From an uncultured Chloroflexia bacterium (GTDB lineage Bacteria; Chloroflexota; Anaerolineae; Promineifilales; Promineifilaceae), in assembly GCA_963753865.1 (NCBI GenBank), contig CAVWDW010000003.1, forward strand, positions 53,619-117,618: DNA of 64,000 bases, read 5' to 3'. Position 1 is the first letter of the stretch. Every line of letters starts with the position of its first letter. The notes beneath the pieces were generated by a model. That model saw only the letters and a list, made by a program, of their open reading frames with translations. It did no database searches and was not told where the DNA came from. Of this stretch, positions 1-10,143 are shown in pieces. Made by a program: the position numbers and the translations under genes.

Positions 1-1
1 C

Positions 2-1123
2 ATGCCCAAGATGGATGTGGTCTCTCTCGGCCTGGCCGGAGGCAGCATCATTGCGGTGGACAAGCGAACCGGGATGCCGCAGGTGGGGCCGCAAAGCGCC
101 GGTTCCTACCCGGGGCCGGTTTGCTACGAAAACGGGGGCGAGAATCCGACCATCACCGACGTCGACGCTATCCTGGGCTATCTGAACCCCGACTTCTTCC
201 TGGGCGGTCGGGAGAGGTTGAACATTGAGAAGGCAGAACGCGTGTTTAAGGAAAAGGTGGCCGATCCGTTGGGCCGCAGCGTGCCGGACGCCGCCGCCGC
301 CCTCTATCGTCTGGCCAACAGCATGATCTACGATCTGCTGCACAAGGTGACGATCCAACGGGGGCTTGACCCGCGCCAGTTTGCGCTCTTCTCCTTTGGC
401 GGCACTGCCGGCATGCACGTCGCGGCTTATGGGGATGAGCTGGGTGTGGCCCAGATCGTCATCCCTCACTCGGCCTCGGTCCACGGTGCGTTTGGCCTGA
501 CGACCGCAGACATTGTGCATGAAGATCAGACCACGAAACCGATGACTGAGCCGTGGGACATCGCCCAGCTCCAGGCCATATTCGGTGAGCTGGCGCAGCA
601 TGTCAAGGCCCAGCTTCGTCAGGAAGGGTTCAGTGACGAAGAAATTACACTGGAGCGCTCCATCGACATGCGCTACCGGCGACAGGTTCATATCCTGACC
701 GCCCCGGTTGCGGGGCAGGGGGAGATGACGGCCGATCTGCTGGAAGACACAATCGCCCGATTTGAGGCGTTCTATGAGGGCCGCTACGGACAGGAGTCGG
801 CCTATCGTGAAGCGGGCATCGAGATGGTGAGTTACCGGGTGCGCGGGGCCGGCGTCGTCAAGACACCGCGCCTGACGGAGTATCCCACCGGGGACGCCGG
901 CGCTGAACACGCTGTCGTGGACACGCGCCGGGCCTGGGTCGAGAAGGCGAAAGCTTTCCAGGACGTGAAGGGGTATGACTTTGAGCAGCTCGTTCCCGGA
1001 AACAGGGTGCCCGGCCCGGCCATCATCTGGACACCCATTACAACCGTTGTCACCAACCCGGATCAGTTCGCCACAGTAGACAAATACAAGAACCTGATCA
1101 TCACGCGCGAGGAGACCTTATGA
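2..1123 (+). CDS. Hydantoinase A / oxoprolinase-family subunit (HyuA-like), C-terminal part; 5' end lies outside the window
   Basis: Translation carries HyuA-type motifs (FSFGGTAGMH, IVIPHSASVHGAFG). The stop overlaps the next start (ATGA at 1120-1123). Confidence 0.8.
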   Translation: MPKMDVVSLGLAGGSIIAVDKRTGMPQVGPQSAGSYPGPVCYENGGENPTITDVDAILGYLNPDFFLGGRERLNIEKAERVFKEKVADPLGRSVPDAAAALYRLANSMIYDLLHKVTIQRGLDPRQFALFSFGGTAGMHVAAYGDELGVAQIVIPHSASVHGAFGLTTADIVHEDQTTKPMTEPWDIAQLQAIFGELAQHVKAQLRQEGFSDEEITLERSIDMRYRRQVHILTAPVAGQGEMTADLLEDTIARFEAFYEGRYGQESAYREAGIEMVSYRVRGAGVVKTPRLTEYPTGDAGAEHAVVDTRRAWVEKAKAFQDVKGYDFEQLVPGNRVPGPAIIWTPITTVVTNPDQFATVDKYKNLIITREETL

Positions 1124-3252
1124 CAGCCGTAGACCCGGTCACATTTCAGATTATTCGCCACAAACTGGTGCAGGTCATTGATGAAGCGATTATCGCGCTG
1201 GAGAATGTCTCCGGCTCGCCCATCACCAACGAAGGGCACGATATGATGGTTTCGCTCTACAAGGCTGACGGCGGCCTGATGGTGGGCGGCGTCGGCTTCT
1301 TGCACCATCTGACCAGCGCCTCTCAGGCAGTGAAGCATGTCATCGCCAACTTCTCGGAAAATCCGGGAATCTACGAAGGGGACGTCTACTTCTTCAACGA
1401 CTCTTACACCGCGGCCCTGCACCCGCCGGATGTCTATCTCATCTCACCTATCTTCTTTGAGGGTGAGCTGACCGGCTTCGTGGCCAACTTCGTCCATGTC
1501 ACCGACATCGGGGCGATTGACCCCGGCGGCTTCTCGCCTAATGCTACGGAATCCTACCACGAGGGGTTCCAGACCAAAGGGCTGAAGATCATTGAGCGCG
1601 GCGTGATGCGTAAGGATGTGGTGGAAACGTTCCTGAACATGGTCCGCGACCCCGGCATGACCCAGCTCGACATGAAATCCCAGTTGGCCGCCAACTTCGT
1701 GGCCAAGGAGCGCATGGACAAGCTCTACCAGACCTATGGCGTGGCGACCGTCAATGAGGTGTCCGAGGCGCTCATCCAACAGTCGGAAGCGCTGGTTCGC
1801 GAGCGACTGCTTGAGCTGCCCCAGGGTTCCTGGCAGGCGCGTGAATACATCGACTTGCACGACGGCTCCACACTGGTCGTCCAGCTGACCGCGACCAACC
1901 AGGACGGCACGCTGACGTATGACTTCACCGGCTCCAGCCCCCAATCGCCGGTGGGCGTCAACTGTTGTTATTGGGCCTCGTGGGGTGCCCTGTTCGCGCC
2001 CATCTTCCCGCTGCTTGCCTGGGATGTGACCTGGAACGACGGCGTGACGAGACCGATCCGAATGATTGCGCCCGAAGCGACTGTCGTCAACTGTCAACGG
2101 CCGGCGCCGATCTCAATCGCCACCGTCGGGACCATCCAGATCGTCAACAACCTGTCGACCATTGTTTTGTCCAAGATGATGGGCGCCAGCGAAGCGTACC
2201 GCGACCGGGCCACCGCTGTCTGGCATGGCAGCCACGCCCACATTGAAACACACGGCCTCACCGCCTCCGGTGAGTTCTTTGTGGCCCCATTGACCGACAC
2301 CTTCGCCGGTTCGGGTGGGGCGCGGGCGCTGAAGGATGGGGAAGACATCGGCGGCGAGATCCCCAATGTGGTTTCGCGCTGGGCCAACGTGGAAAGCCAG
2401 GAGTTAAACACACCGCTGCGCTATCTGTACCGCCGACCGGTGCCCGACTCCGGCGGCCCCGGCAAGTTCCGGGGAGGTGTCTGTCATGAGTACGCCTTCA
2501 CCCCCGGCGCCATCGGACCGATGCCGATGGGTCTGACCCTGTTCGGCAAGGGCACGCGTGCGCCGATGAGTCTGGGCATCTTCGGCGGCTATCCCGGCTG
2601 CAACGTGGGCTATGCTACGTTCCGCGAGGGCAATCTCGCCGATTTGCCGTTCAGTCGCGATACGACTGAGGGCGCTGAGGTGGAAGCCATTCAATGGGGG
2701 TCGGTCGATTTGGAGAAGGGAGACATCCAGTACATTCGCTTCATGGGCGGAGGTGGCTATGGCGACCCCATCGACCGCGAGCCGGCCCTGGTCCTGAACG
2801 ATGTCTTGACCGGGATGGTGACCGCGCCGGTGGCCAGAGAGATCTACGGTGTCGTCGTTGAGAATGACGCCATCGACTCCCCGGCGACGCTTGCCAGACG
2901 GGCGGCGATTCGGGCGGAGCGCATCGAACGCTCTGTCGACGTGGGGCTGGCCGAGCGCCAATCAGTCGCCCCCAGCGGCCGTCGCATCAATGAGTATTTG
3001 CAGCAGAGCAGCGCCGGGGCGACCGAATGCACCTGGTGTGGCTATGAGGTCGCTCCTGCCGGTGCTGACTGGAAGGCCCACGCCGTTCTGCGCCGGGACG
3101 ACATATCCAGGGCAGGGCCACTACGCACTGCCGGATACGGGTATGTCCTGGTTGAGGCGTTCTGCCCGCAGTGCGCCACGCTGCTGGATACGGACATCGC
3201 CCTCAACGACGACCCGCCGCTCATTGACCGTATCGAGATGTGGCCCGCATGA
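1120..3252 (+). CDS. Hydantoinase B / oxoprolinase-family subunit (HyuB-like) with a ~110-aa C-terminal Cys4 zinc-ribbon-like extension resembling the acetone carboxylase gamma subunit
   Basis: 710-aa ORF with the HyuB-type C-terminal signature GGGGYGDPIDREP...VTAPVAREIYGVV. An extra tail follows with CTWC (3028-3039) and CPQC (3162-3174). ATGA overlap with hyuA. Confidence 0.8.
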   Translation: MTAVDPVTFQIIRHKLVQVIDEAIIALENVSGSPITNEGHDMMVSLYKADGGLMVGGVGFLHHLTSASQAVKHVIANFSENPGIYEGDVYFFNDSYTAALHPPDVYLISPIFFEGELTGFVANFVHVTDIGAIDPGGFSPNATESYHEGFQTKGLKIIERGVMRKDVVETFLNMVRDPGMTQLDMKSQLAANFVAKERMDKLYQTYGVATVNEVSEALIQQSEALVRERLLELPQGSWQAREYIDLHDGSTLVVQLTATNQDGTLTYDFTGSSPQSPVGVNCCYWASWGALFAPIFPLLAWDVTWNDGVTRPIRMIAPEATVVNCQRPAPISIATVGTIQIVNNLSTIVLSKMMGASEAYRDRATAVWHGSHAHIETHGLTASGEFFVAPLTDTFAGSGGARALKDGEDIGGEIPNVVSRWANVESQELNTPLRYLYRRPVPDSGGPGKFRGGVCHEYAFTPGAIGPMPMGLTLFGKGTRAPMSLGIFGGYPGCNVGYATFREGNLADLPFSRDTTEGAEVEAIQWGSVDLEKGDIQYIRFMGGGGYGDPIDREPALVLNDVLTGMVTAPVAREIYGVVVENDAIDSPATLARRAAIRAERIERSVDVGLAERQSVAPSGRRINEYLQQSSAGATECTWCGYEVAPAGADWKAHAVLRRDDISRAGPLRTAGYGYVLVEAFCPQCATLLDTDIALNDDPPLIDRIEMWPA

Positions 3253-3306
3253 TCGGCTGTCATCAACGAACGGACTGCCCGGTCGGCTGTCCCGGTCACT
3301 GACTGA

Positions 3307-4923
3307 ATGATGACCTACGACACCATTCCGCGTCAGTTTAATCTGACCAGTTACTTTCTGGATCGCAACCTGACGGAAGGCCGGGGCGACGCAGTCGCTC
3401 TGCGCGTGGGCGAAAGCGACTACAGCTACCGTGCCGTTGCCGAGCGCACGAACCGGATTGGGCATGTGCTCCGCTCGCTGGGTGTGGAGATGGAAGACCG
3501 CGTCCTGCTGGCGCTCAACGACAGCGTCGACTTCGTAGCAGCATGGTACGCCACGTTAAAGATCGGCGCCGTGGTGGCCGAGGTCTATACGTTCCTGCAA
3601 GCCCACGACTATGCCTACTATCTGAACTACAGCCGGGCCAGGGTCATCATCGTCGACCAGAGCAACTTGCAGAGAGTGCGCGAGGTCGTCCCAGACTGTC
3701 CCCACCTGCGCACCATTCTGGTGGCCGGGGAGCATGGAGCGCTGGCCCGAAACGAGCGGAGCCTCAACGAGCTGGCGGCCGACGCGCCGGTCGAGCTGGC
3801 GGCGGCCGAAACAACGAAAGATGACATCGCTCTCTGGAAGTTCACGACGGGCAGCACAGGCAAGCCGAAGGCGGCCGTCCATTGCCAGCATGATCCGGTC
3901 ATCAGCTTCGAGGGGTACGCGAGACAGGTTCTCCAGCTGCGTTCCTCCGACCGGGTGCTGGCGGTTCCCAAGCTGTTCTTTGGGTATGCGCGCGACCTGG
4001 TCACTCTGTTTACCTTTGGGGTCGGCGCGTGCGGCATTCTGTTCCCGGAACGAGCGACAGCGGAGAGGATGCTGGCTCTGGTGGAGCAGCAGCAGCCCAC
4101 GATTCTCGTCAATGTGCCCACGATGATGAACGCGATGATCGAACAACCCGGCGCGTCCGACTTTGACATGAGCAGCCTGCGCCTGAACACGTCCGCCGGG
4201 GAAGCGCTGCCTTCGGTTATTCATCAGAAATGGCTCGACACGTTCGGTGTGGAGACAATCGACGGCATCGGATCATCAGAAGCATACCATATCTACATTT
4301 CCGGCCGGCCCGGATCGCCGGCGCCGGCGGGCAGTCTGGGGCAGCTTGTCCCCGGCTACACGGCAGAGATTGTGGCGACTACAGGCCAGCCGGTGGCGGA
4401 TGGCGAGACTGGCGAGCTGTGGATCAGCGGAGAGAGCGCCGCCCTCATGTACTGGAATGAACATGAGAAATCCAAGCGGACCTTTGCCGGAGACACTGTC
4501 CGGACAGGTGATCTCTTTCGGCGCAATGCTGAGGGCTATTTCTGGTATCAGGGCAGGGTGGACGATCTCCTGAAGGTAGGGGGGATCTGGCTTTCCCCGC
4601 TGGAGATCGAAGCGTGCTTGCTGGAGCACGCGGCCGTTCGCGAATGCGTCGTCGTTGGTATTCAGGGTGAGAGCCTGACCCGCGTGCGCGCCTACGTTGT
4701 CCTCGCATCTGAGGATGCGCCGCATCCGACTCTCGCCGACGAGCTGCGACAGCATGTCAAGACGCACCTTGCGCCGCACAAATACCCGCGAGAGATCGAA
4801 TTTGTTCGCAGCCTGCCCAAAACTGCGTCCGGCAAAGTGGACCGCAAATCATTGGCCCGCCCCGAAGCCACAGGCCCGACTGTCGCATCGTCCGGATCAC
4901 CCGCCAGACAGGAACGAGTATGA
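3307..4923 (+). CDS. AMP-dependent acyl/aryl-CoA ligase (benzoate-CoA ligase-like family)
   Basis: Adenylate-forming motifs FTTGSTGKPKAAVH, GDLFRRNAEGYFWYQGRVDDLLKVGG and PKTASGKVDRKSL. The stop overlaps the next ATG (ATGA at 4920). Confidence 0.85.
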   Translation: MMTYDTIPRQFNLTSYFLDRNLTEGRGDAVALRVGESDYSYRAVAERTNRIGHVLRSLGVEMEDRVLLALNDSVDFVAAWYATLKIGAVVAEVYTFLQAHDYAYYLNYSRARVIIVDQSNLQRVREVVPDCPHLRTILVAGEHGALARNERSLNELAADAPVELAAAETTKDDIALWKFTTGSTGKPKAAVHCQHDPVISFEGYARQVLQLRSSDRVLAVPKLFFGYARDLVTLFTFGVGACGILFPERATAERMLALVEQQQPTILVNVPTMMNAMIEQPGASDFDMSSLRLNTSAGEALPSVIHQKWLDTFGVETIDGIGSSEAYHIYISGRPGSPAPAGSLGQLVPGYTAEIVATTGQPVADGETGELWISGESAALMYWNEHEKSKRTFAGDTVRTGDLFRRNAEGYFWYQGRVDDLLKVGGIWLSPLEIEACLLEHAAVRECVVVGIQGESLTRVRAYVVLASEDAPHPTLADELRQHVKTHLAPHKYPREIEFVRSLPKTASGKVDRKSLARPEATGPTVASSGSPARQERV

Positions 4924-5912
4924 CAAAACTACTGGAAGTCTCCGACCTTGTGACGCAGTTCAAGACCATGGATGGCGTGGTCCATGCCGTCAACGGCGTC
5001 TCCTTCGCCCTCGATGAAGGGGAGATTATCGGCGTCGTCGGTGAGAGCGGCAGCGGCAAGAGCGTGACAATGCTCTCGCTGCTCGATCTGTTGCCGAAGC
5101 CGGCTGGGCGGGTGGTGGGTGGTCAGGTCATGTTCATGGGCAACGATCTCCGGCATGGCACTGATGCCGACCTGCAAAAGGTGCGGGGCGGGCAGATTGG
5201 GATGGTCTTCCAGGATCCGATTGCTTCACTCAACCCCGTCCTGTCGGTCGGCCGCCAGATATCTGAAGTGTTGCTGGAGCACTTCCCGATCTCGGGCGCG
5301 GAGGCTCGCCAGCGGACGGTCTCCCTGTTGGCGAAGGTGGGTATTCCGGATGCCAATGCGCGGTATGATGACTTTCCCCACCAGTTTTCCGGCGGCATGC
5401 GCCAACGGGTTATGATTGCGATGGCGCTGGCCTGCGACCCGAAGATCCTCATCGCCGACGAGCCGACGACCGCGCTTGATGTCACCATCCAGGCGCAGAT
5501 TGTGGAGTTGATCAAGAGTCTGCGGCAGGAATCCAACATGGCCATCATCTGGATTACCCATGACCTGGGGCTGGTGGCCGGAATTGCGGAGCGCATCGTC
5601 GTCATGTACGCCGGATACATCGTTGAGCACGCGCCGGTGATGGAGTTCTATGAACACCCGCAGCACCCCTACTCAATCGGTCTGCTGGGGTCGGTTCCCC
5701 GGCTGGACCAGGCCAAGAAGGTGCGATTGGTGAACATCAGAGGCACGCCGCCCAACATGCTCAACCCGCCGACCGGCTGCCCTTTCGCGTCCCGCTGTCC
5801 TTACGTCTTTGACCGGTGTCTGGAAGAGAATCCCATGCTGCTGCCGGCAGGTGAGGATCACGTTGTCGCGTGCTGGTGGGACATCAAGGAACAGGCGCCA
5901 CGCTATGTCTAA
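4920..5912 (+). CDS. ABC transporter ATP-binding protein, oligopeptide/dipeptide (OppD/DppD) type
   Basis: Walker A GESGSGKS, signature FSGGMRQR, Walker [13 protein letters not shown], and a C-terminal oligo_HPY-type Cys cluster [14 protein letters not shown]. Confidence 0.9.
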   Translation: MTKLLEVSDLVTQFKTMDGVVHAVNGVSFALDEGEIIGVVGESGSGKSVTMLSLLDLLPKPAGRVVGGQVMFMGNDLRHGTDADLQKVRGGQIGMVFQDPIASLNPVLSVGRQISEVLLEHFPISGAEARQRTVSLLAKVGIPDANARYDDFPHQFSGGMRQRVMIAMALACDPKILIADEPTTALDVTIQAQIVELIKSLRQESNMAIIWITHDLGLVAGIAERIVVMYAGYIVEHAPVMEFYEHPQHPYSIGLLGSVPRLDQAKKVRLVNIRGTPPNMLNPPTGCPFASRCPYVFDRCLEENPMLLPAGEDHVVACWWDIKEQAPRYV

Positions 5913-6957
5913 AAGTGATGTAAACGATCCCATCCTTCAGGTGAAGTCGCTGAAGGTTCACTTTCCGATTAAGGAAGGATTGCTCCAGCGACAGGTGGGC
6001 CAGGTCAAGGCTGTCGATGACGTCTCATTCGATATCTTCCGGGGTGAGACATTCGGGCTGGTCGGTGAGAGCGGCTGTGGCAAGACAACTACCGGACGCT
6101 CAATTGTGCAGCTCATCAGACCGACGGCGGGATCGATCATCTTTGAAGGCGACAACCTGACGTCCCAGGACACGGCCGATATACGCCGCGCACGCCGCCA
6201 CTTTCAGATGGTCTTTCAAGACCCTTATGCTTCGCTCAATCCGCGCATGAATGTTGAGGCAATCATCGGCGAACCGTTGATCGTCCACAACCTGGCCCGC
6301 GGGAAGGCCGTCACCAAACGGGTGGCCGAGCTGATGGACATTGTGGGGCTTGAACCTGCGTTCATGTATCGCTATCCGCACGAATTCTCCGGCGGCCAGC
6401 GCCAACGCATCGGTATCGCCCGCGCTTTGGCCGCCAACCCGTCCTTCATCGTCTGTGATGAACCGATTTCCTCTTTGGATGTGTCGATTCAGGCCCAGAT
6501 TGTCAACCTGCTTGATGATTTGCAGCAAGAGTTCGGCCTGACCTATCTGTTTATCGCCCACGACCTGAGCATGGTGCGCTACATCTCCGACCGCATCGCC
6601 GTTATGTACCTGGGACAGATCATGGAGCTGGCGACCCATCAGGAGTTGTACGCCGAGCCTCTGCATCCGTATACGGTCTCGCTGCTGTCGGCCGTGCCGT
6701 TACCCGATCCGAAGAAGGAGCTGACGCGCAAGCGCATCGTGCTCTCGAATGAGATGCCCAGCCCGGCCAATCCGCCGGCCGGCTGTCCTTTCCATACCCG
6801 CTGTCCGCTTGTGACCGAAGTATGCCGAACGGAAAAGCCTGCGTTTACGGAGGTTCGTCCAGGCCACTTTTCGGCCTGCCACAGGGTGGATGAAGCGGGA
6901 GCGGGCACGGGCCTGCCGCCTTTTCCAATGCTGGATGCCACGCTTGACCAACGATAG
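5905..6957 (+). CDS. ABC transporter ATP-binding protein, OppF/DppF type
   Basis: [37 protein letters not shown]. The ATG at 5905 (MSKSDV) overlaps the upstream stop by 8 nt. The ORF-track start at 5809 lies inside the previous gene. Confidence 0.9.
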   Translation: MSKSDVNDPILQVKSLKVHFPIKEGLLQRQVGQVKAVDDVSFDIFRGETFGLVGESGCGKTTTGRSIVQLIRPTAGSIIFEGDNLTSQDTADIRRARRHFQMVFQDPYASLNPRMNVEAIIGEPLIVHNLARGKAVTKRVAELMDIVGLEPAFMYRYPHEFSGGQRQRIGIARALAANPSFIVCDEPISSLDVSIQAQIVNLLDDLQQEFGLTYLFIAHDLSMVRYISDRIAVMYLGQIMELATHQELYAEPLHPYTVSLLSAVPLPDPKKELTRKRIVLSNEMPSPANPPAGCPFHTRCPLVTEVCRTEKPAFTEVRPGHFSACHRVDEAGAGTGLPPFPMLDATLDQR

Positions 6958-6998
6958 AAGATCCCCCACAGTCTCAATAACCAACCAGGAGGCCACAG

Positions 6999-7937
6999 AT
7001 GACCGAACACTATTTGGATGACTCAATCGTTCATGCGTTTTGGGATCGTTCTCTCGCACCGCGACTGGAGATTGACCCCGGCGACACGGTTGTGTTCGAG
7101 TGCCGCGAAGCCTCAGACGGCCAGATTACGCCCGAGTCGGACACAGAGACCTTGCGAAGCCTGGACTTTGGCCCCATCCATCCCCTGACCGGCCCCGTCT
7201 ATGTGCGCGGCGCCGAACCGGGGGATGCCCTGGTCATCGACATTCTGGAGCTTACGCACAAGGGCTGGGGGTGGAACGGGGTTCTCCCCGGGTTCGGCCT
7301 GTTGGCCGACGATTTCCCCGAGCCATACCTGCATCATTGGCAGCTTGAGGGCGACGTTTGCCGGTTCGGCCAGGGACACGCCATCTCCTTGCCGTTCGAG
7401 CCGTTCTGTGGCGTGATGGGCGTAGCGCCGGCTGCGGAAGGCCGGTTCGATACCGTTCCTCCGCGAGCGAACGGCGGCAATATCGACATCCGGGGTCTGG
7501 TTCCGGGAGCAACGCTCTGGATGCCGGTTGGCGTGCCGGGGGCGCTCTTTTCCACAGCCGATTGTCATGCGGCCCAGGGGGATGGCGAGGTGTGCGGGAC
7601 CGGCATTGAGACACCCATGACCGTTACGCTCCGCTTTGGTCTTGAGAAAGGGGCCAACGTGCCGGAGCTGCGCTTCCGGACGCCCAGCCCACTGACCCGG
7701 ACGGATAGCCAGGGTTACTTCGCGACGACGGCCCACGGCCCCGACTTGTTTGTCAACGCGCAGAACGCGATTCGCTATATGCTGGATTATCTGGAAGCGC
7801 AATATGGCTTGAGCCGCAACGAAGCGTACGTCCTGTGCAGCGCCGCGGTGGACTTGAAGATCAGCGAGATTGTGGACGCGCCAAACTGGATTGTGTCTGC
7901 CTATCTGCCGTTGAGTATTTTCGGCGCGGCATCCTAG
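6999..7937 (+). CDS. Acetamidase/formamidase family amidohydrolase
   Basis: FmdA/AmdA-type motif CHAAQGDGEVCGTGIE. AGGAGG Shine-Dalgarno 7 nt upstream of the ATG. Confidence 0.85.
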   Translation: MTEHYLDDSIVHAFWDRSLAPRLEIDPGDTVVFECREASDGQITPESDTETLRSLDFGPIHPLTGPVYVRGAEPGDALVIDILELTHKGWGWNGVLPGFGLLADDFPEPYLHHWQLEGDVCRFGQGHAISLPFEPFCGVMGVAPAAEGRFDTVPPRANGGNIDIRGLVPGATLWMPVGVPGALFSTADCHAAQGDGEVCGTGIETPMTVTLRFGLEKGANVPELRFRTPSPLTRTDSQGYFATTAHGPDLFVNAQNAIRYMLDYLEAQYGLSRNEAYVLCSAAVDLKISEIVDAPNWIVSAYLPLSIFGAAS

Positions 7938-8234
7938 AATTCGTTTGGGTCAAGTTCAAGACGGACGGACCTGATGCTCCCACGAGCTGAGCCTGCAGCA
8001 GGTACTGAAAAGCAGTAGGGCTCTTCGTGCGTCCAGATATGTTCTCGCGACCCGCCAGGTCATCGTGGAACATCTTGGTCATTTTTGTCGCGCAAGAGGG
8101 CAGGGGGATGATGTAACCACCACCAGACGACTATGTTATCATAGTGGCACCTGGCAGCCGGAGTGGTTATCGAGCCTGATGGAGTGGAACATGGCTCTAT
8201 GCTCGTACCAGACTCGAGACAACAAGGAGAGACT

Positions 8235-8690
8235 ATGATCCTTCTCATCCGTCGCCGGCTGCTGCTGCCGCTTCTGCTTGTGTTCGGTATGATGCTGGCC
8301 GGGTGCGGGCTGGGGCGCGGCAGTGGACCACCCGACCTGACCCTGACCGCCAATGGCCTTGACCATGTGACTGTTACGGGCACCTACTGCTGGGACGGCC
8401 TGTGTGTCGACACCGTGTACCCGCCGGTTGTGGAGACCTTTGTGGAGCTGGCGCCCGGCGAGCCGCTGGAGTTGGCGTTTGCTAGACCCCAACCGGCCAC
8501 CGCCTTCATGGCGCTCGACCGTTACGACACGTTCCCAAACGCGGATTCGGCCGCCAGCCAGCGGCTGGACCCGGTGACCACGCCCATCATCTGGTCGCCC
8601 GATCTACCCGCCGGCGACTACGTCCTGTTGGTGAGCGCACAGTGGGATGATGGCGACGCGTCGTATCATATGGGAGTGACGATCCCCTAG
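8235..8690 (+). CDS. Hypothetical lipoprotein
   Basis: ATG at 8235 preceded by AAGGAGA. N-terminus MILLIRRRLLLPLLLVFGMMLAGCG has a signal peptide and lipobox. No family recognised. Confidence 0.6.
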   Translation: MILLIRRRLLLPLLLVFGMMLAGCGLGRGSGPPDLTLTANGLDHVTVTGTYCWDGLCVDTVYPPVVETFVELAPGEPLELAFARPQPATAFMALDRYDTFPNADSAASQRLDPVTTPIIWSPDLPAGDYVLLVSAQWDDGDASYHMGVTIP

Positions 8691-8885
8691 CGACTCCGAA
8701 ACCGTCCCATCACAACCGCATAGGGACCAGCCCCATCGCTCCGCTGGCGTTTCATCGCATGGTACACTCTTTGTGCGGCACTACCTCCGCAACAGCAGGG
8801 GGGGTGGCTGTCCCCTTCTGACATAGAACCATCTCCTGTGAGCGGGCTAACATCGACTGCTGGAACATTTACCAGGACGCTTCCC

Positions 8886-9740
8886 ATGCAAAACACCAAC
8901 GACAACCCCGAAATCACAACGCTTCTCTTCCTTATAACCGGCTTCGAGACGGGGGTTCTTTTTGTCGCCGGCCTTGGCCTGCTTTTCGCCCCGGGCGTGC
9001 TGCGCCCCATGTGGCCCTGGCCCCTGGCGCCATTCAACGCGCTGTTGTTGGGGGCCATCTACTCGTCCTCAATGGTGGCGACGGCCATGGTGGTTTATAT
9101 CAGACGGTGGGCGCCGGCACGCGTTGTCCTGCCCATGATCTTGATCTTTACGACGATAGTGCTGATCGTCTGTCTGGTCTATATCGATCGTTTTGAGTTT
9201 CAGCGCTGGGTAACCTGGCTCTGGTTCGCGCTGTACATCATCATTCCCGCCAACGCGGCCTACCATATGTGGCTGTACCGGGACCTCAGGCCGTTCAACC
9301 CGCTGCCACTGCCCGCGCCGTGGCGGGGCGTGCTGTTGATTCCTACCATGTTGCTGGGGGTGTATGGCCTTGGCCTGCTGATTGCGCCAGACACCTTCAG
9401 CAGTTTCTGGCCCTGGCCCATCGACGACTTTCACAGTCGGGTCTACAGCGTGCTGTACATCACACCGGCGACAGGGGCTGTGCTCCTGTTTGGCGCGGCA
9501 GCCTCGATTGAGCTGTTGACCCTGGGACTGGTCCAGGTTGTTGGAGCTGGCATTGTCATGGGTGGTCTGGTACTTATTGACAACCAGGTCGGCAGAATAG
9601 AGTGGTCAGCCTCGGCCACGTGGGTGTGGATCGCAACCTTTGCGATTCTTTTCGCCACCGGCGCCGGTCTGGTGTGGCAGTCACGCGTAAGAGCAAGGAG
9701 CGAAGCTTCTCTGGCGGCGATGGATTCGGCGTCAGTCTGA
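8886..9740 (+). CDS. Multi-pass membrane protein with an internal two-fold repeat (WPWP motif); family unknown
   Basis: About 8 hydrophobic segments. The two halves share GLGLL(F/I)AP....(M/F)WPWP. Start chosen at the ATG at 8886; the ORF track gives 8838. Confidence 0.6.
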   Translation: MQNTNDNPEITTLLFLITGFETGVLFVAGLGLLFAPGVLRPMWPWPLAPFNALLLGAIYSSSMVATAMVVYIRRWAPARVVLPMILIFTTIVLIVCLVYIDRFEFQRWVTWLWFALYIIIPANAAYHMWLYRDLRPFNPLPLPAPWRGVLLIPTMLLGVYGLGLLIAPDTFSSFWPWPIDDFHSRVYSVLYITPATGAVLLFGAAASIELLTLGLVQVVGAGIVMGGLVLIDNQVGRIEWSASATWVWIATFAILFATGAGLVWQSRVRARSEASLAAMDSASV

Positions 9741-10143
9741 GTACTATTTGAGGAGCTTGAAGGACATTCTGACATCAGGCGCGTTTAATGATTGAGTGTC
9801 AAAGGCGTGCTGACAAGCCCATGAAACAGATAGCACCTCGGTTGCATTCGTCAATTCTCAATGAATTGATACGAAGAAGAATAGTCCGCACCAGGAACAA
9901 TCTCGTACTATTGTCGACGTTGTCAGGGCTGAAGCTTGCGAGGCGGAGCGATCGCGATGCTGAATGGATGCTCCGATATCACGGTCATTGAATTGAGCCG
10001 TCCAAACTTCCGCAGTGGCCCACATACTCCAGTCATTCAGCTTGGGGCGTAAGTTGTAAGCGCATGAAGCATTTAGCAGCTACATACAGGTCCCGCTCCC
10101 AGTTGCCCGTGCCTTCCTACTTCAACACCTCTGCCAGTCCGAC

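Noticed and set aside
7861-8082. 73-aa minus-strand ORF (MTKMFHDDLAGRENI...) downstream of the formamidase gene
   Set aside because: It runs into the 3' end of the formamidase gene, has no ribosome-binding site and no family signature. It could be a remnant, but this is unsupported.
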